Of a stretch of DNA of 54,553 nt, positions 36,222-47,582 are shown in pieces. Origin of the DNA: Pseudomonadota bacterium (GTDB lineage: Bacteria > Pseudomonadota > Gammaproteobacteria > Pseudomonadales > Halieaceae). Position numbers and translations under genes: made by a program. Under the pieces are notes generated by a model that worked only from the letters and a program-made list of their open reading frames with translations, was not told the DNA's origin and searched no databases. Positions within the stretch are counted from its first letter, which is position 1. Every line of letters begins with the position of its first letter. Where the stretch lies: assembly GCA_015222725.1 (NCBI GenBank), contig JADFVW010000239.1, forward strand, positions 1 through 54,553, written 5' to 3'.

Positions 36222-36997
36222 TAAACGTTCTCCGACATTGAGCTGCTGTGCTCGACCATTTTAAGCATGGCAGCGTTTGACGCATTCTCTGCAGTGAATA
36301 CCGCGGTAAAACCGGCTTCCTCGGCCATCCGGGCAACTCGCCTGGAGGGCACTATTACAGGCACTGTAGATAAGTTAATAGTTTCTGACGGGCTTAGCAA
36401 CGTCAACAAATTACACAAGCCCTCGCCGCTACTTATCAATAGCAGACCTATCTGCCAATTTGAGAGCTTGCCTGCCAACTCGCCGGGGGCCAGTTTGGGG
36501 CAGCGCCGCTGATAACAGGGCAGGTCATCCACCAGCGCACCGCGTTGCGACAAGACATCGCGCAGCCTTGTTCGCCCGCCCTGCCCTTTCACAATAAGCA
36601 GTTTCTGGCCGTCGACTGATTGCAGCTGCGGCAGGGATAGCAGGCTTTCGCTGGTCATGGGCGGGCTCGCGGCAATAGACTCAACGCCATACTCTTGTAG
36701 CGCCTCTGCGGTACTCGCACCGATGGCATAAACCTGGATGCCGTCCGGCATTCCCCGGCGCTGTGCCAGGATACTCTCCATGCCAAAGCGAACAGCGTTG
36801 CCGCTAATGAATATAATGTGCTTGTAGTTGTCCAGATGGCTGATGCTGTCCAGAGCCTGGGGCGGTAATTCCGCTAGCGCCAATAATTCGAGCAGGGGCT
36901 GCGAGAAAGCCTTGTAACCGCGAGCGCTCAGCGCATCACACAGGGTGGCGGCCTGCCCGGATGGCCTGGTGACCAGTACTGCGGGCCTATTGCTCAT
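36221..36997 (-). CDS. hemD: Uroporphyrinogen-III synthase
   Basis: I place the start at ATG 36997 ([16 protein letters not shown]...), which overlaps the hemC 3' end by 11 nt. It has the HEM4-like two-lobe layout and sits between hemC and hemX. Confidence 0.8.
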   Translation of the reverse strand: MSNRPAVLVTRPSGQAATLCDALSARGYKAFSQPLLELLALAELPPQALDSISHLDNYKHIIFISGNAVRFGMESILAQRRGMPDGIQVYAIGASTAEALQEYGVESIAASPPMTSESLLSLPQLQSVDGQKLLIVKGQGGRTRLRDVLSQRGALVDDLPCYQRRCPKLAPGELAGKLSNWQIGLLLISSGEGLCNLLTLLSPSETINLSTVPVIVPSRRVARMAEEAGFTAVFTAENASNAAMLKMVEHSSSMSENV

Positions 36998-37919
36998 AAA
37001 CCTCGGCCAGAATAGCCTCTGCGCCCTGGGCCAATAAGTCCCGCGCCACGCAAACACCCAGCTCCTGCGCCTGTGCCGTGCTGGCTTTAGCCTCGGCACG
37101 CAGTATCAGGCTGCCATCGGGTTTACCCACTAGCCCGCGCAACCAGAGCATTTCGCCATCATTGATAAGCTCGGCATAGCAGGCGATAGGGACCTGGCAA
37201 CCGCCATTCAGTTGCTTGTTCAAGGCGCGCTCGGCACTCACTCGAACGCAGGTGGGTTCATGCTGCAAGATGCTCAACAAAGCCCTGGTCTGGTCATCAT
37301 CACTGCGTAATTCTATGCCCACGGCACCCTGCCCGCCCGCCGGAAGAGATTCCTCCACGCTAATCGATTGCCTTATGCGCTCGGCAAAGCCCAGTCGAAT
37401 CAGGCCGGCGCTGGCCAGGATAATCGCATCGTATTCGCCTGCATCCAGTTTACGCAGACGGGTGTTGACGTTACCGCGCAAGAATTTCACGCTCAGGTCG
37501 GGCCGTCGTGCTCGCAGCTGACACTCCCTGCGCAGGCTGGATGTTCCCACCACCGACCCCTCAGGCAAATCTGCCAGCGAGTCGAAATGATTACTGACAA
37601 AAGCATCTGTGGGGTCTTCGCGCTGGCAAATAACCCCCAACTCCAGGCCCTGGGGAAACTCCATGGGTACATCTTTCATGGAGTGCACGGCAATATCTGC
37701 CGAACCGTCCAGCAACGCTGTCTCCAGCTCTTTAACGAACAGCCCCTTGCCGCCTACCTTGGCCAGGGGAACATCCAGCAACTGATCACCCCGGGATGTC
37801 ATGCCCAGTAAACGCACTTCCAGGTCGGGATGAGCGGCCTGAAGCGCGGAGCGCACGTACTCGGCCTGCCACAGGGCGAGGGGGCTTTCACGGGTTGCAA
37901 TAGTTATCACGCGGGACAT
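36987..37919 (-). CDS. hemC: Hydroxymethylbilane synthase (porphobilinogen deaminase)
   Basis: [16 protein letters not shown]..., ...[22 protein letters not shown]... and ...[12 protein letters not shown] are canonical HemC blocks. Confidence 0.95.
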   Translation of the reverse strand: MSRVITIATRESPLALWQAEYVRSALQAAHPDLEVRLLGMTSRGDQLLDVPLAKVGGKGLFVKELETALLDGSADIAVHSMKDVPMEFPQGLELGVICQREDPTDAFVSNHFDSLADLPEGSVVGTSSLRRECQLRARRPDLSVKFLRGNVNTRLRKLDAGEYDAIILASAGLIRLGFAERIRQSISVEESLPAGGQGAVGIELRSDDDQTRALLSILQHEPTCVRVSAERALNKQLNGGCQVPIACYAELINDGEMLWLRGLVGKPDGSLILRAEAKASTAQAQELGVCVARDLLAQGAEAILAEVYEQ

Positions 37920-38012
37920 AAATCAGGACCTCTTTAGAGCCGCAATTATACCAGCCGCAGGGGGGCGCGGCGAGTTGGCATCTACCGCAATCAAGGAAAA
38001 CTCAGGTATCGC

Positions 38013-38738
38013 TCAGCGCCGTTTCAAACGCGCCTTGGTTTCTGCCAAATGCCTGCGACTCACCGCGGGGCTAAGCTCCACTCCCGATAGCGCCACTGTC
38101 CAACTGCCATCATCGGCGCGACACAGACGCACAATATGCGCCAATGACACCAGGGCATTTCTGTGCACCCGTACAAAATCATCGGAAAACTCACTCTCCA
38201 GATCTTTCAAGGTATCGGGAATCAACAAACACTCGGTGTTTGTATAGGCGCTGACGTACTTGTCCTCTGCCAGAAAACACTCGATTTCCCCCAGCGGCAG
38301 TGTCTCCAGGCCGCGATGGGTCTGGCTGCTCACCTGGGTTCGCGCCGGGCCGGCGCCGCGTAAGTTCGCCAGCTGCAGACGGTTAACCCGACCCGCACCG
38401 TCCAGGGCTCGGACCAGTTCTGCCTCGCGCACAGGCTTCAGCAAATAGGCTACTGCCTGATGCTTGAGAGCTTCCAGCGCATATTCATCGTAGGCCGTAG
38501 AAAAAATGACCGCGGGAGCCTGCTCCAGCGTATCAAGCTGCGTCGCGACTTCGATTCCGTCCATACCCGGCATGCGAATATCCAGAAAAATTAAATCCGG
38601 GGTGGCTTTACGCACTATTTTCAGGGCGGCGGCACCGCTTGCGGCCTGCAGGATTTCGGCATCCGGTTGTACCTTTTTCAGCAGGCGCAGCAGGCGGTCA
38701 CGGGCCAGGGGTTCGTCATCCACCAGCAAAATTTTCAT
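38013..38738 (-). CDS. algR: LytTR-family response regulator AlgR
   Basis: A receiver domain ([25 protein letters not shown]) is followed by a C-terminal LytTR DNA-binding domain. The Pseudomonas-like position is between algZ and hemC. The ATG overlaps the algZ stop (ATGA). Confidence 0.85.
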   Translation of the reverse strand: MKILLVDDEPLARDRLLRLLKKVQPDAEILQAASGAAALKIVRKATPDLIFLDIRMPGMDGIEVATQLDTLEQAPAVIFSTAYDEYALEALKHQAVAYLLKPVREAELVRALDGAGRVNRLQLANLRGAGPARTQVSSQTHRGLETLPLGEIECFLAEDKYVSAYTNTECLLIPDTLKDLESEFSDDFVRVHRNALVSLAHIVRLCRADDGSWTVALSGVELSPAVSRRHLAETKARLKRR

Positions 38739-39826
38739 CCCATATGCCCCAGCGGGTAGCGTAATTTAACACGATAAAATCCCCCGTCGCGCTCAGCTTT
38801 AAGGCTGGCCTGCCCCGCGAACAACGCCTCCAGCCGTTGCTCAATATTGCCAAGGGCCATGTGATGACCCTGCGAATGTACCGAGTGCTCGGGAATCGGG
38901 TTTTCAATTTCAGCCACCAGGAACCCTCCCACGCGCTGTACACTGATGCTGATAGTGCCGCCCTCGGCCAACTGGGCAATGCCATGGTAGACGGCATTCT
39001 CGACCAGGGGCTGCAGAATCAGGTTTGGCATTGCCTCCTCGCGCAGTGAAGTATCAAGCTGCCACGCCACACTTAAACGCTCACCCAGGCGCAGCTGTTC
39101 TATTCCCAGGTAAAGCTCACACAGGCGCAATTCATCCGCTACGGTGCCGGCACGGCTGCTCTCCTGCAAGCTGGACCGGAATAATTCGGACAGATCCTCC
39201 ACCGCTCGCTCAGCCGCATCCGGCTGGGTGGCAATCAGGCTGGCGATACTGTTCATGGTGTTAAACAGAAAATGCGGCCTGATGCGCGAGCGCAGTGAAT
39301 CCAGCCGTGCTTGCAGTTCGGATTTTTCCCGCAACTGTAATTGCTGCTGCAGATAAAAATAGCGCAGGGCGATACCCCCCAGAATTGTGGCCAGGGCAAC
39401 ATTTCGAACAATCGACCAACCACCCGCGCCAGAAACGCCACCGGGAAACGCAGGGGAAAACTGCGGGTAGAGCATCTGGGCAAAATAGCTGCTGACAGCG
39501 GTGACCAGCACAATAATGAACAGGCAAGCAGAAGCCGCCAGATAGAGGCTCACGCGGCTTAAAACTTTGCGCGACAGGCAGAGCATGGCGGCACTTAGCA
39601 GCACAATCCACTGCACAAACAACGAGCCAATGGCCAACAGGTCCCAGTCGAAGCGTGGCAAAGTGCTGCTGGCGAGGGTATGCACCAGCACCAGTAGCTC
39701 AGCCAGCATAACCATCACGAAAACCGGGCGCGGCCCGCACAAATCAGGAACGAAGAATTCCCCTGACACTGTATTGCTTGCTATGTCACTATGCCCCTGC
39801 GTTTTAGGCCTTTTCAAAGGCTGCAT
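38735..39826 (-). CDS. algZ: LytS/YehU-type sensor histidine kinase AlgZ/FimS
   Basis: N-terminal TM helices preceded by FFVPDLC, an H-box [16 protein letters not shown] and an N-box [12 protein letters not shown] are present. It is divergent from argH, as in Pseudomonas. Confidence 0.8.
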   Translation of the reverse strand: MQPLKRPKTQGHSDIASNTVSGEFFVPDLCGPRPVFVMVMLAELLVLVHTLASSTLPRFDWDLLAIGSLFVQWIVLLSAAMLCLSRKVLSRVSLYLAASACLFIIVLVTAVSSYFAQMLYPQFSPAFPGGVSGAGGWSIVRNVALATILGGIALRYFYLQQQLQLREKSELQARLDSLRSRIRPHFLFNTMNSIASLIATQPDAAERAVEDLSELFRSSLQESSRAGTVADELRLCELYLGIEQLRLGERLSVAWQLDTSLREEAMPNLILQPLVENAVYHGIAQLAEGGTISISVQRVGGFLVAEIENPIPEHSVHSQGHHMALGNIEQRLEALFAGQASLKAERDGGFYRVKLRYPLGHMG

Positions 39827-39905
39827 TGATGCGCTCCCCTGGCCTGTTAGCTGTTATACTCGGCCGCTTACGCCTAGTTTACCTAACAGCAGGATTTCTA
39901 CCAAC

Positions 39906-41303
39906 ATGAGTAACAAGCAAGACACCAGCAAACTCTGGGGTGGTCGCTTCAGCGAGGCAACCGACAGTTTCGTACAACGGTTTACCGCCTCAGTTACTTT
40001 CGACCAGCGCATGGCTGGCGAAGATATAGCCGGCTCCCGCGCCCACGCCGACATGCTGTGCGCCGTGGGTGTTCTCAGCGCGCAGGAGCTCGCGGAAATC
40101 CAGGGTGGCCTGAGCCAGGTGGAACAGGAAATTTCCGACGGTACATTCCAGTGGTCAATAGAACTGGAAGATGTGCACATGAACATTGAAGCGCGGCTGA
40201 CCGAGCTGATCGGCGTCAGCGGCAAAAAATTGCACACAGGGCGCTCGCGTAACGACCAGGTGGCTACCGATATTCGTCTCTACCTGCGCGGCGCCATCGA
40301 TTCTATCGCCAGTGAGCTGACTCGCCTGCAAAAAGGCACGATTGGCCTGGCCGCAGAAAATACCGACACTATCATGCCGGGCTTTACCCACCTGCAAACG
40401 GCGCAGCCCGTGTCTTTTGGGCACCACCTACTGGCCTGGAATGAAATGCTGGAACGAGATCACGGCAGGTTGCTCGATTGCCGCAGGCGCATGAACCAGT
40501 CACCACTGGGTGCCGCGGCACTGGCCGGAACCACCTACCCCATCGATCGCGCCCAGACCGCTGCGGCCCTGGGCTTTGACAAGCCCACCGAAAACTCCCT
40601 GGACTCTGTGTCCGACCGGGATTTTGCTATCGAGTTCTGCTCCTTCGCCTCCCTGCTGATGACACATTTGTCGCGCATGTCCGAAGAACTGGTGCTGTGG
40701 ACTTCGGCTCAGTTCAACTTTATCGAACTGCCCGACCGCTTCTGCACCGGCTCTTCCATCATGCCCCAGAAGAAGAACCCGGACGTACCCGAGCTGGTAC
40801 GGGGCAAAGTTGGCCGAGTTAATGGCCACCTGATATGCCTGCTGACCCTGATGAAGAGCCAGCCGCTGGCCTACAACAAGGACAACCAGGAAGATAAAGA
40901 GCCGCTGTTCGATACCATCGATACCGTGCTGGACTGCCTGCGGGCATTCGGTGACATGATTCCCGCCATCAGACCCCGCAAGGAAGCAATGCGCGAGGCG
41001 GCCAGAAGCGGATTCTCAACCGCCACCGACCTGGCCGACTACCTGGTCGGCCTGGGGCTGCCCTTTCGCGATGCCCATGAAGTGGTCGGTAAAGCGGTGG
41101 CACACGGTGTCGATGTCGGGCTTGATCTGGCCGATATGGAACTGGCCACCCTGCAGGGCTTCTGCCCCGACATCGGCGAAGACGTATTCGACGTATTAAC
41201 CCTGGAGGGCTCCATCGCGGCGCGCGACCACCTGGGAGGTACTGCCCCGGCACAGGTGAGCGCTGCGGCGCAGCGGGCTTTGGCGCTGCTGGATTTGCGA
41301 TAA
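39906..41303 (+). CDS. argH: Argininosuccinate lyase
   Basis: It starts at ATG 39906 ([20 protein letters not shown]...). The fumarate-lyase signature is [16 protein letters not shown]. The 113-codon upstream extension in the ORF track is antisense to algZ and was rejected. Confidence 0.95.
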   Translation: MSNKQDTSKLWGGRFSEATDSFVQRFTASVTFDQRMAGEDIAGSRAHADMLCAVGVLSAQELAEIQGGLSQVEQEISDGTFQWSIELEDVHMNIEARLTELIGVSGKKLHTGRSRNDQVATDIRLYLRGAIDSIASELTRLQKGTIGLAAENTDTIMPGFTHLQTAQPVSFGHHLLAWNEMLERDHGRLLDCRRRMNQSPLGAAALAGTTYPIDRAQTAAALGFDKPTENSLDSVSDRDFAIEFCSFASLLMTHLSRMSEELVLWTSAQFNFIELPDRFCTGSSIMPQKKNPDVPELVRGKVGRVNGHLICLLTLMKSQPLAYNKDNQEDKEPLFDTIDTVLDCLRAFGDMIPAIRPRKEAMREAARSGFSTATDLADYLVGLGLPFRDAHEVVGKAVAHGVDVGLDLADMELATLQGFCPDIGEDVFDVLTLEGSIAARDHLGGTAPAQVSAAAQRALALLDLR

Positions 41304-41326
41304 ATCCTGAACCAGGCTTAGATACC

Positions 41327-43378
41327 TTACTCTACACCACCGGACAGTGCTGCTTCCAATCCCGGAATATAGTTGGCACCTTCAATCAGCTGGATACTGG
41401 AATTCTGCAAGTCCGTGCCATAGGGCTGGGTTCTGCCTCCCAGGCATTGGGCGAGAAAGTTTTCAGCCACCGCGTGGAACGACAGGTTGTTTTCCGGCTT
41501 CTGAAAGCCGTGGCCCTCATCTGGGTATAATACATACGTCACCGGAATACTCTTGGACTGCATGGCCGCCACGATCTGGTCGGACTCGGCCTGCTTGACC
41601 CGGGGGTCATTGGCTCCCTGGGCAATCATCAGGGGGCGCTGGATTTTCTTCACGCGAGTCAACGGGGAGCGCTCCTTCAGCAGAGCGCGGCCGGGGGCCG
41701 TTTCCGGGTCACCAATGGCTGCGACCAGGGTGCGCCGAAACCCCTCCCAGTAGGGCGGGATTGATTCCATAAGGGTATTCAGGTTAGAGGGCCCCACCAC
41801 CGCCACGCCGCAGGCAAATACCTCGGGGGTAAAGGTGAGGCCGACCAGAGTTGAGTAACCACCGTAGCTGCCGCCCATAATCGCCACCTGGTCTTTCGCA
41901 GCGATACGCCGCTCCACCGCCCAGTTCACAGCGTCGATCAGGTCGTCGTGCATCTTGCCCGCCCACTCGTAGTTGCCGGCGCTGACAAAGTTCTTACCGA
42001 AACCGGTGGAGCCGCGGAAGTTAACCTGTAACACGGCATAACCCCGGTTGGCCAGCCACTGTACCTGGCCGGAGTAGTCGGCGGTGTCGCGAGCCCAGGG
42101 GCCACCGTGCACCAGCAATACCAAGGGTTGCGGCACAGCGGGCGTGTACTCTCCCTTGATGGGCACACCACTTGGCAGGGTCAGGTAGGAGACAAGGTCC
42201 AGGCCGTCGCGGGCTTTAATGGTGACATTGTGTTTTGGCGCAAGGGGCAGTCCGGCCAGCCTGGGGTTGGTATCGAAGAGCGTTTTCAAGCTCTTTGTGC
42301 GCCGGTCGTAAACAGCATATACCGGCGAGCGGTCGCCTCGGCTTATAAAGACGGTCCACTGCTCCCCGTCCAGCGTCGTGGCGAGAATAGCTGCATCGCC
42401 CTGGGCGGCGGCCTGCATGGCTTTAATATCCTGCTCGTAAGCGGGATCGAGTGCATGCCACTCGCGCTGGTGCAGGCTGGATGCCACCGCCACCGGCTTG
42501 TGGCTACGCGGATGAACCAGCACATCGCTGATATCAGCCCCCGTGGGCTCGGCCATGACCCGGGCTTCCCCAGTGGCCAGATCCAGTCTACTGAGCGCAG
42601 CCTTGTCCCTGCCGCGGCTGTCTATCATATACACGCCGGTATTATCGGCGTCAAAATCAAGCACCTGGGTGGTGAAAGCATCTTCCACCGGTATCTGCGC
42701 CAGTTGCTGCCAGTGATCGTCAACCAGCACCAGCAGAATCATGCCGCCGTCTTCAGTTTGCTTTTCCGCCAGGCGAACATCCAGATTATTATCGGCGTGG
42801 AGGGCCGAAAAGCCCTCGTTTTTAGCCAGCATCTCGCGTTCACCGCTGTTGATATCGACCAGGTAAGCGTCGTGCCAGCGGGCGTCCCGGTCATTCATGC
42901 CAACGACAATTTTGCCGGGATGCTGCTCACTCTGGGACATAACCTGAGCGTTTACCCCTGCGTAAGGCGTGAGATCGAGGATCTCACCCGAGCGCAGGTC
43001 AACCCGATACAGGTGCCAATTCTCGTCGCCATTCTGGTCCTGTATATAGAGAACGCTGGCGCTGTCCAGGGTCCAGAAGTGACTGGGCACGCCCCGCCCG
43101 GTGTCATGGGTAATGGCGCGAGCCTTATCAAAGTCCCCCGTCGGGGCAACCCAGAGGTTCATCACACCATCCAGCGGTGCGCGAAAACTCATCATTGTGC
43201 CATCCGGGCTCAAACGCCCCTGGAAGCGGCTGGGATTGCCAAACAGAGCCTCGCGCTCAATGAGTGCAGGCTGGGCGTATTGGATGGGCTGTTCGGTCTG
43301 GCTGCTACAGGCATTCAGGCCGAGAGTGCCGGCCAGGGCCAGACCCATAAAAACGATCGTTGACAGTCGCATGTTCAA
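41327..43378 (-). CDS. S9-family serine peptidase (prolyl oligopeptidase/dipeptidyl peptidase-like), lipoprotein
   Basis: A lipobox (LGLNAC) and an N-terminal beta-propeller region are followed by a C-terminal alpha/beta hydrolase domain with the nucleophile elbow GGSYGGY, then QGANDPRV (Asp) and EGHGF (His). Confidence 0.85.
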   Translation of the reverse strand: MNMRLSTIVFMGLALAGTLGLNACSSQTEQPIQYAQPALIEREALFGNPSRFQGRLSPDGTMMSFRAPLDGVMNLWVAPTGDFDKARAITHDTGRGVPSHFWTLDSASVLYIQDQNGDENWHLYRVDLRSGEILDLTPYAGVNAQVMSQSEQHPGKIVVGMNDRDARWHDAYLVDINSGEREMLAKNEGFSALHADNNLDVRLAEKQTEDGGMILLVLVDDHWQQLAQIPVEDAFTTQVLDFDADNTGVYMIDSRGRDKAALSRLDLATGEARVMAEPTGADISDVLVHPRSHKPVAVASSLHQREWHALDPAYEQDIKAMQAAAQGDAAILATTLDGEQWTVFISRGDRSPVYAVYDRRTKSLKTLFDTNPRLAGLPLAPKHNVTIKARDGLDLVSYLTLPSGVPIKGEYTPAVPQPLVLLVHGGPWARDTADYSGQVQWLANRGYAVLQVNFRGSTGFGKNFVSAGNYEWAGKMHDDLIDAVNWAVERRIAAKDQVAIMGGSYGGYSTLVGLTFTPEVFACGVAVVGPSNLNTLMESIPPYWEGFRRTLVAAIGDPETAPGRALLKERSPLTRVKKIQRPLMIAQGANDPRVKQAESDQIVAAMQSKSIPVTYVLYPDEGHGFQKPENNLSFHAVAENFLAQCLGGRTQPYGTDLQNSSIQLIEGANYIPGLEAALSGGVE

Positions 43379-43420
43379 GTCCTTTTGCAGGGATGGGTGT
43401 TGTTATGCCGTGGGATGGTA

Positions 43421-44437
43421 TCACTTTATACGCTGGTTTCCGCCACCATAGCGAACAGACGCCTGAAAGGTAATATCCGGGCCGGTTTCCACCTGTAAAT
43501 CTTCGATAAAACTGAAGTCCAGCGCCCAGTTCTCAGCGAAGCGCCAGCGCCCGCCCAGAGAGCCCAGAATGGCCTCATCCCCCAGAGCAGTTAATTCGCT
43601 ATTCAATGGTGCGGCGTGCATATCCAACTGGGCGAACAGGGAAAATCGCTGCGCCACTGCCCAGTCCATGGAGAGGCCGCCAAACCACAGGTTGTTTTCC
43701 TGCCGGGCACCCAGCACATCGCTGCTCCCGGCGTACAAATAGCCCAGCTGGCCGTGCCAACTGAGGGGCAAATTTCCCAAATGTGCCCCGGAAAAGCGCA
43801 GCGCGAGAAAAAAATCATCCTCCCCACTGCCCAGCAACTCATCCTCACCCCCGGTGGCGAACTTATAGCCTGTCACAACGCTCAGCACAGAGTTGTCATC
43901 GCGAAAAAATGCATGGCTGAGAGATAAGCTGATATCCCCAATGCCCGAGGCATCATCTTCGAGTAAGAAACGGTCGGCGGGATCGTAATAGTGGAAATCC
44001 AGAATATCGTGCTCAACCCTGGAGCGGCCACTGTCGGACATGCCCCATAAGTCATGCCAATTGTCTATTGCGCTGTCGAGGTTGCCGCCACTGTGTTTTA
44101 GCCAGGGCACTTCCAGCTGAAGATCCCAGTTCTCCGCCAGGCCATAGCGCACTTCCAGGGCAAAACGAACCGTCTCCCCGTCCAGGTTCAGCTGTTCTGT
44201 GCTGGTGGTTTCGGCGACATAATGGCTGGCGATACTGCTGTGTAGCGCGACCGAATAGCTCCCTGGCGCCTGCGTATTCGCCTGCCTCTGGGACGGCAGA
44301 CCCAGCAGACCCGCGACCGGGCTGAGGTTTTTGACATACAGTGGCTCACCGAAGTCCCCCGCCCCGGCGATATGACTAAAACCGATACAGGCAAAACCCA
44401 GCCCTATCAAGGGCTTCGATAAGTGACGATTACTCAC
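43421..44437 (-). CDS. Putative outer-membrane beta-barrel protein (DUF3187-like)
   Basis: There is a signal peptide, alternating amphipathic beta-strand patterning and an aromatic-rich C-terminal region. The N-terminal PLYVKNLSPVAGLLGLP matches my recollection of DUF3187. The family call is tentative. Confidence 0.45.
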   Translation of the reverse strand: MSNRHLSKPLIGLGFACIGFSHIAGAGDFGEPLYVKNLSPVAGLLGLPSQRQANTQAPGSYSVALHSSIASHYVAETTSTEQLNLDGETVRFALEVRYGLAENWDLQLEVPWLKHSGGNLDSAIDNWHDLWGMSDSGRSRVEHDILDFHYYDPADRFLLEDDASGIGDISLSLSHAFFRDDNSVLSVVTGYKFATGGEDELLGSGEDDFFLALRFSGAHLGNLPLSWHGQLGYLYAGSSDVLGARQENNLWFGGLSMDWAVAQRFSLFAQLDMHAAPLNSELTALGDEAILGSLGGRWRFAENWALDFSFIEDLQVETGPDITFQASVRYGGGNQRIK

Positions 44438-44562
44438 TTTTTACTCCAGATGCATTCATAGTTCACAGGACAGGCCTGCTTCCAAAGGCAAATCATACGG
44501 ATAGCTCGCACCTGATACTAGCGAACGGTATAATCAATGTTTTCGTATTTTGGACTCACGAT

Positions 44563-44748
44563 ATGCGCAACGCGATTATCACTGTCGGTGCAACCCTGGC
44601 GCTAAGCTGCCTGTTGTTGGCCGGTTGCGGGCAGACAGGCCCCCTCTACCCGGCCGGCGAGAGCGATACCGATGCACCACAGACACAGACGCAAAGCCCA
44701 TCCAGCGCAGAGCAAAGCAAAGCAGCTAACTCCGAGACAAGCCAATGA
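44563..44748 (+). CDS. lptM: Small lipoprotein LptM (YifL family)
   Basis: The lipobox and family motif are LLAGCGQTGPLYPAG. It is 61 aa, lies immediately upstream of lysA-dapF, and overlaps the lysA start (ATGA). Confidence 0.75.
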   Translation: MRNAIITVGATLALSCLLLAGCGQTGPLYPAGESDTDAPQTQTQSPSSAEQSKAANSETSQ

Positions 44749-45995
44749 ACCCCTTTCAGTACAAAGACGGCAGCCTGCATGCCGAAAACGTCGCCATAAG
44801 CGATGTAATTAACGAATATGGCACACCCTGCTATATCTACTCGCGGGCAGCGCTGGAGGCTACCTTCAAAGAATATCAACAGGCGCTGGCCGGCTGCTCC
44901 CATCTTATCTGTTATGCCGTTAAGGCCAATTCAAATTTGGCGGTATTGGACATCCTGGCCAGGCTTGGTTCGGGCTTTGACATTGTCTCGGGCGGCGAAC
45001 TGGAGCGCGTAATCACAGCAGGCGGTGACCCGGCGAAAATTGTTTTTTCCGGGGTGGCGAAAAAGCCCGAGGAAATGGCCAGGGCCCTGCAGTTGGGCAT
45101 TCATTGCTTTAACCTTGAATCGGCCGGCGAGCTGGAGGTTCTCAATCGTGTCGCCGGGGAGGAAGGGATCGTCGCATCGGTATCGGTTCGCGTGAACCCG
45201 GATGTCGATGCTAAAACTCACCCCTATATTTCAACGGGGTTGAAGGAGAATAAATTCGGCCTCACTGTCGAAGATGCACTGGCAGTGTATGTGCGGGCAG
45301 CCGAATTACCGAACGTGAAAGTCACCGGCATGGACTGCCACATCGGTTCACAATTAACCGATATGGGTCCGTTTATCGACGCACTGCATCGTCTTCTGGC
45401 CCTGATCGACAGCCTGAAAGAGCACAACATCACGATCAGCCACCTCGACCTGGGCGGCGGCCTCGGAGTCTGTTATCAGGATGAAACCCCCCCCTCTATT
45501 ACAGAGTTTATAGCGGCTATTCGTGCAGAAACCGCCGATCGCGATCTGCAGCTAATATTCGAGCCCGGCCGATCTATCGCTGCCAACGCAGGCCTGCTTA
45601 TCACCACCGTTGAGTACCTGAAGTCCACGCCGGAACACAACTTCGCTATTGTCGATGCCGCCATGAATGACATGATTCGCCCGGCGCTGTATCAGGCCTG
45701 GCTGGATATCAAAATGGTGGATGAACACCCCGACAGAAACTTCGCGCGCTGGGACATTGTAGGGCCAGTGTGTGAAACGGCAGATTTTCTGGGCAAGGAC
45801 AGGGAACTGGCACCCGCGGCTGGCGACCTGCTGGCAGTCTTTGGTGCGGGGGCCTATGGCTTCACCATGAGCTCCAATTATAACAGCCGGGGTAGAGCCG
45901 CCGAGATAGTGGTGGACGGCGCCGCAAGCCACCTGGCCCGCAAGAGAGAATCAATTGCTGATATTATGAACGGCGAAAGCTGCCTGCCCGACTAA
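44745..45995 (+). CDS. lysA: Diaminopimelate decarboxylase
   Basis: The PLP-lysine region is [14 protein letters not shown], followed by GGGLGV and CETADFLG. The N-terminus [16 protein letters not shown] resembles Pseudomonas LysA. Confidence 0.95.
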   Translation: MNPFQYKDGSLHAENVAISDVINEYGTPCYIYSRAALEATFKEYQQALAGCSHLICYAVKANSNLAVLDILARLGSGFDIVSGGELERVITAGGDPAKIVFSGVAKKPEEMARALQLGIHCFNLESAGELEVLNRVAGEEGIVASVSVRVNPDVDAKTHPYISTGLKENKFGLTVEDALAVYVRAAELPNVKVTGMDCHIGSQLTDMGPFIDALHRLLALIDSLKEHNITISHLDLGGGLGVCYQDETPPSITEFIAAIRAETADRDLQLIFEPGRSIAANAGLLITTVEYLKSTPEHNFAIVDAAMNDMIRPALYQAWLDIKMVDEHPDRNFARWDIVGPVCETADFLGKDRELAPAAGDLLAVFGAGAYGFTMSSNYNSRGRAAEIVVDGAASHLARKRESIADIMNGESCLPD

Positions 45996-46030
45996 CAGCA
46001 GGGCGACCTGACCCCCTCAGAGAGAGAGCG

Positions 46031-46861
46031 ATGCAACTCAAGTTCACCAAAATGCACGGAGCCGGCAACGACTTTGTTATGATCGATTTAATCAGTCAGC
46101 GATTTGACCTGCGCGCCAGGCATGTTCGCAAACTGGCAGATCGACGTCTGGGCGTGGGTTGCGACCAGGTATTAGCCGTTGAAGCACCGCGCACACCGGA
46201 TGTGGATTTTCGCTACCGTATTTACAATGCCGATGGCGAAGAGGTGGAGCAATGTGGTAATGGCGCTCGCTGCTTTGCCCGCTTTGTGCGCGACAAAAGA
46301 CTTACCCGCAAACGTATTATCAAAGTTGAAACTGCCGCGGGCATACTGGAGCTTCGTGTGCGCGATAAAGACGAGGTGGAAGTCGACATGGGTGCCCCTG
46401 AACTGGAACCGGCGAATATTCCACATGTCGCGGTGAATCGCGCGCCCAGTTACGCCCTGCAAGTGGCGGGTGAAACTCTGGATATCGGTGCGATCTCCAT
46501 GGGCAATCCCCATGCTGTGTTGCGAGTAGATCACCTCGACTCTGCCATCATTGAAAAACTGGGGCCGCTCATCGAGTCACATCCGGATTTCCCACAGCGC
46601 ACCAATGCAGGCTTTATGCAGGTGACCACCGATACAGAAATCAATTTGCGGGTCTATGAACGGGGTGTGGGTGAAACACTGGCCTGTGGCACCGGCGCCT
46701 GTGCAGCAGTGGTTTATGGAATATGCCGTGGTTGGTTGCGCGATACCGTGACAGTGACACTGCCCGGAGGTAAGCTAACAGTATCCTGGGCCGGCGAGGG
46801 TGAGCCGGTGGTTATGACGGGGCCCACTGCCGTTGTATTCGAGGGAAGTATTTTTATTTAA
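46031..46861 (+). CDS. dapF: Diaminopimelate epimerase
   Basis: [15 protein letters not shown] is present, along with the two catalytic Cys regions [10 protein letters not shown] and [11 protein letters not shown]. Confidence 0.95.
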   Translation: MQLKFTKMHGAGNDFVMIDLISQRFDLRARHVRKLADRRLGVGCDQVLAVEAPRTPDVDFRYRIYNADGEEVEQCGNGARCFARFVRDKRLTRKRIIKVETAAGILELRVRDKDEVEVDMGAPELEPANIPHVAVNRAPSYALQVAGETLDIGAISMGNPHAVLRVDHLDSAIIEKLGPLIESHPDFPQRTNAGFMQVTTDTEINLRVYERGVGETLACGTGACAAVVYGICRGWLRDTVTVTLPGGKLTVSWAGEGEPVVMTGPTAVVFEGSIFI

Positions 46862-46908
46862 TGTCACACCAAATACACAAATAAGAGCAATCAGGAGAAA
46901 TAATAAAA

Positions 46909-47571
46909 ATGTCAGGACTCAATGATGAGTTGGTCAGGGACTACCTCATGGATAACGACGATTTCCTGCAACGCAATCCAGATTTGCTGGACTACCTGCA
47001 TGTTCCCCATGCCTCCGGTAGTGCGGTCTCACTGGTAGAGAAGCAGGTTACCGTGCTGCGCGAGAAAAATGTGGAAATGCGGCACCGACTCAAGGCGCTT
47101 ACAGATAACGCCCGCGACAACGACAAGCTTTTTGAAAAAACACGCAGACTGATACTGAGCTTGCTGGAAGCGGAGTCTCTTGAAGCAATGAGCCAGGCTT
47201 TTAGCCAGTCAATGGCTACAGATTTTGGCGTCGATTATTCCAGTATGATTTTGTTTGGCAATTATGGCGACGCGGTCGGTGACTGCCGGGTGGAGTCGGC
47301 GGAAGATGCGAAGAAAGAAATTGGCGCCCTGCTCAAGAGTGGCAAGCCTGTTTGTGGAGCCCTGCGAAACGACGAACTCAGCTATTTATTTCCCCGTTCG
47401 GGTAATGTGGGCTCAGCTGCCATGATTCCGCTTGATGGCGAAGCCAAACTGGGGCTTATCGCCGTGGGCAGTGCAGACGCCAACGTCTATAACAGCACCG
47501 TAGGCACCCTGTTCCTCAGCCAAATAGCCGATGTGATTATGCGCCTGCTGCCGCGGTTTGAGCAGGGCTAA
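46909..47571 (+). CDS. DUF484-family protein (YigA-like)
   Basis: It occupies the conserved position between dapF and xerC, with an N-terminal coiled-coil region (VSLVEKQVTVLREKNVEMRHRLKAL) and a GAF-like C-terminal half. Confidence 0.7.
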   Translation: MSGLNDELVRDYLMDNDDFLQRNPDLLDYLHVPHASGSAVSLVEKQVTVLREKNVEMRHRLKALTDNARDNDKLFEKTRRLILSLLEAESLEAMSQAFSQSMATDFGVDYSSMILFGNYGDAVGDCRVESAEDAKKEIGALLKSGKPVCGALRNDELSYLFPRSGNVGSAAMIPLDGEAKLGLIAVGSADANVYNSTVGTLFLSQIADVIMRLLPRFEQG

Positions 47572-47582
47572 GTGGGCGCACC

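Noticed and set aside
42107-43363. A 418-aa ORF on the plus strand, entirely antisense to the S9 peptidase gene
   Set aside because: It has no recognisable motifs and its composition is typical of a shadow frame of a GC-rich gene. The minus-strand gene has clear peptidase catalytic motifs and a lipoprotein signal. The same reasoning applies to 21865-22575 (antisense to nrdJa), 6834-7514, 8768-9349, 35548-36108, 11401-12036 and 14502-15131.
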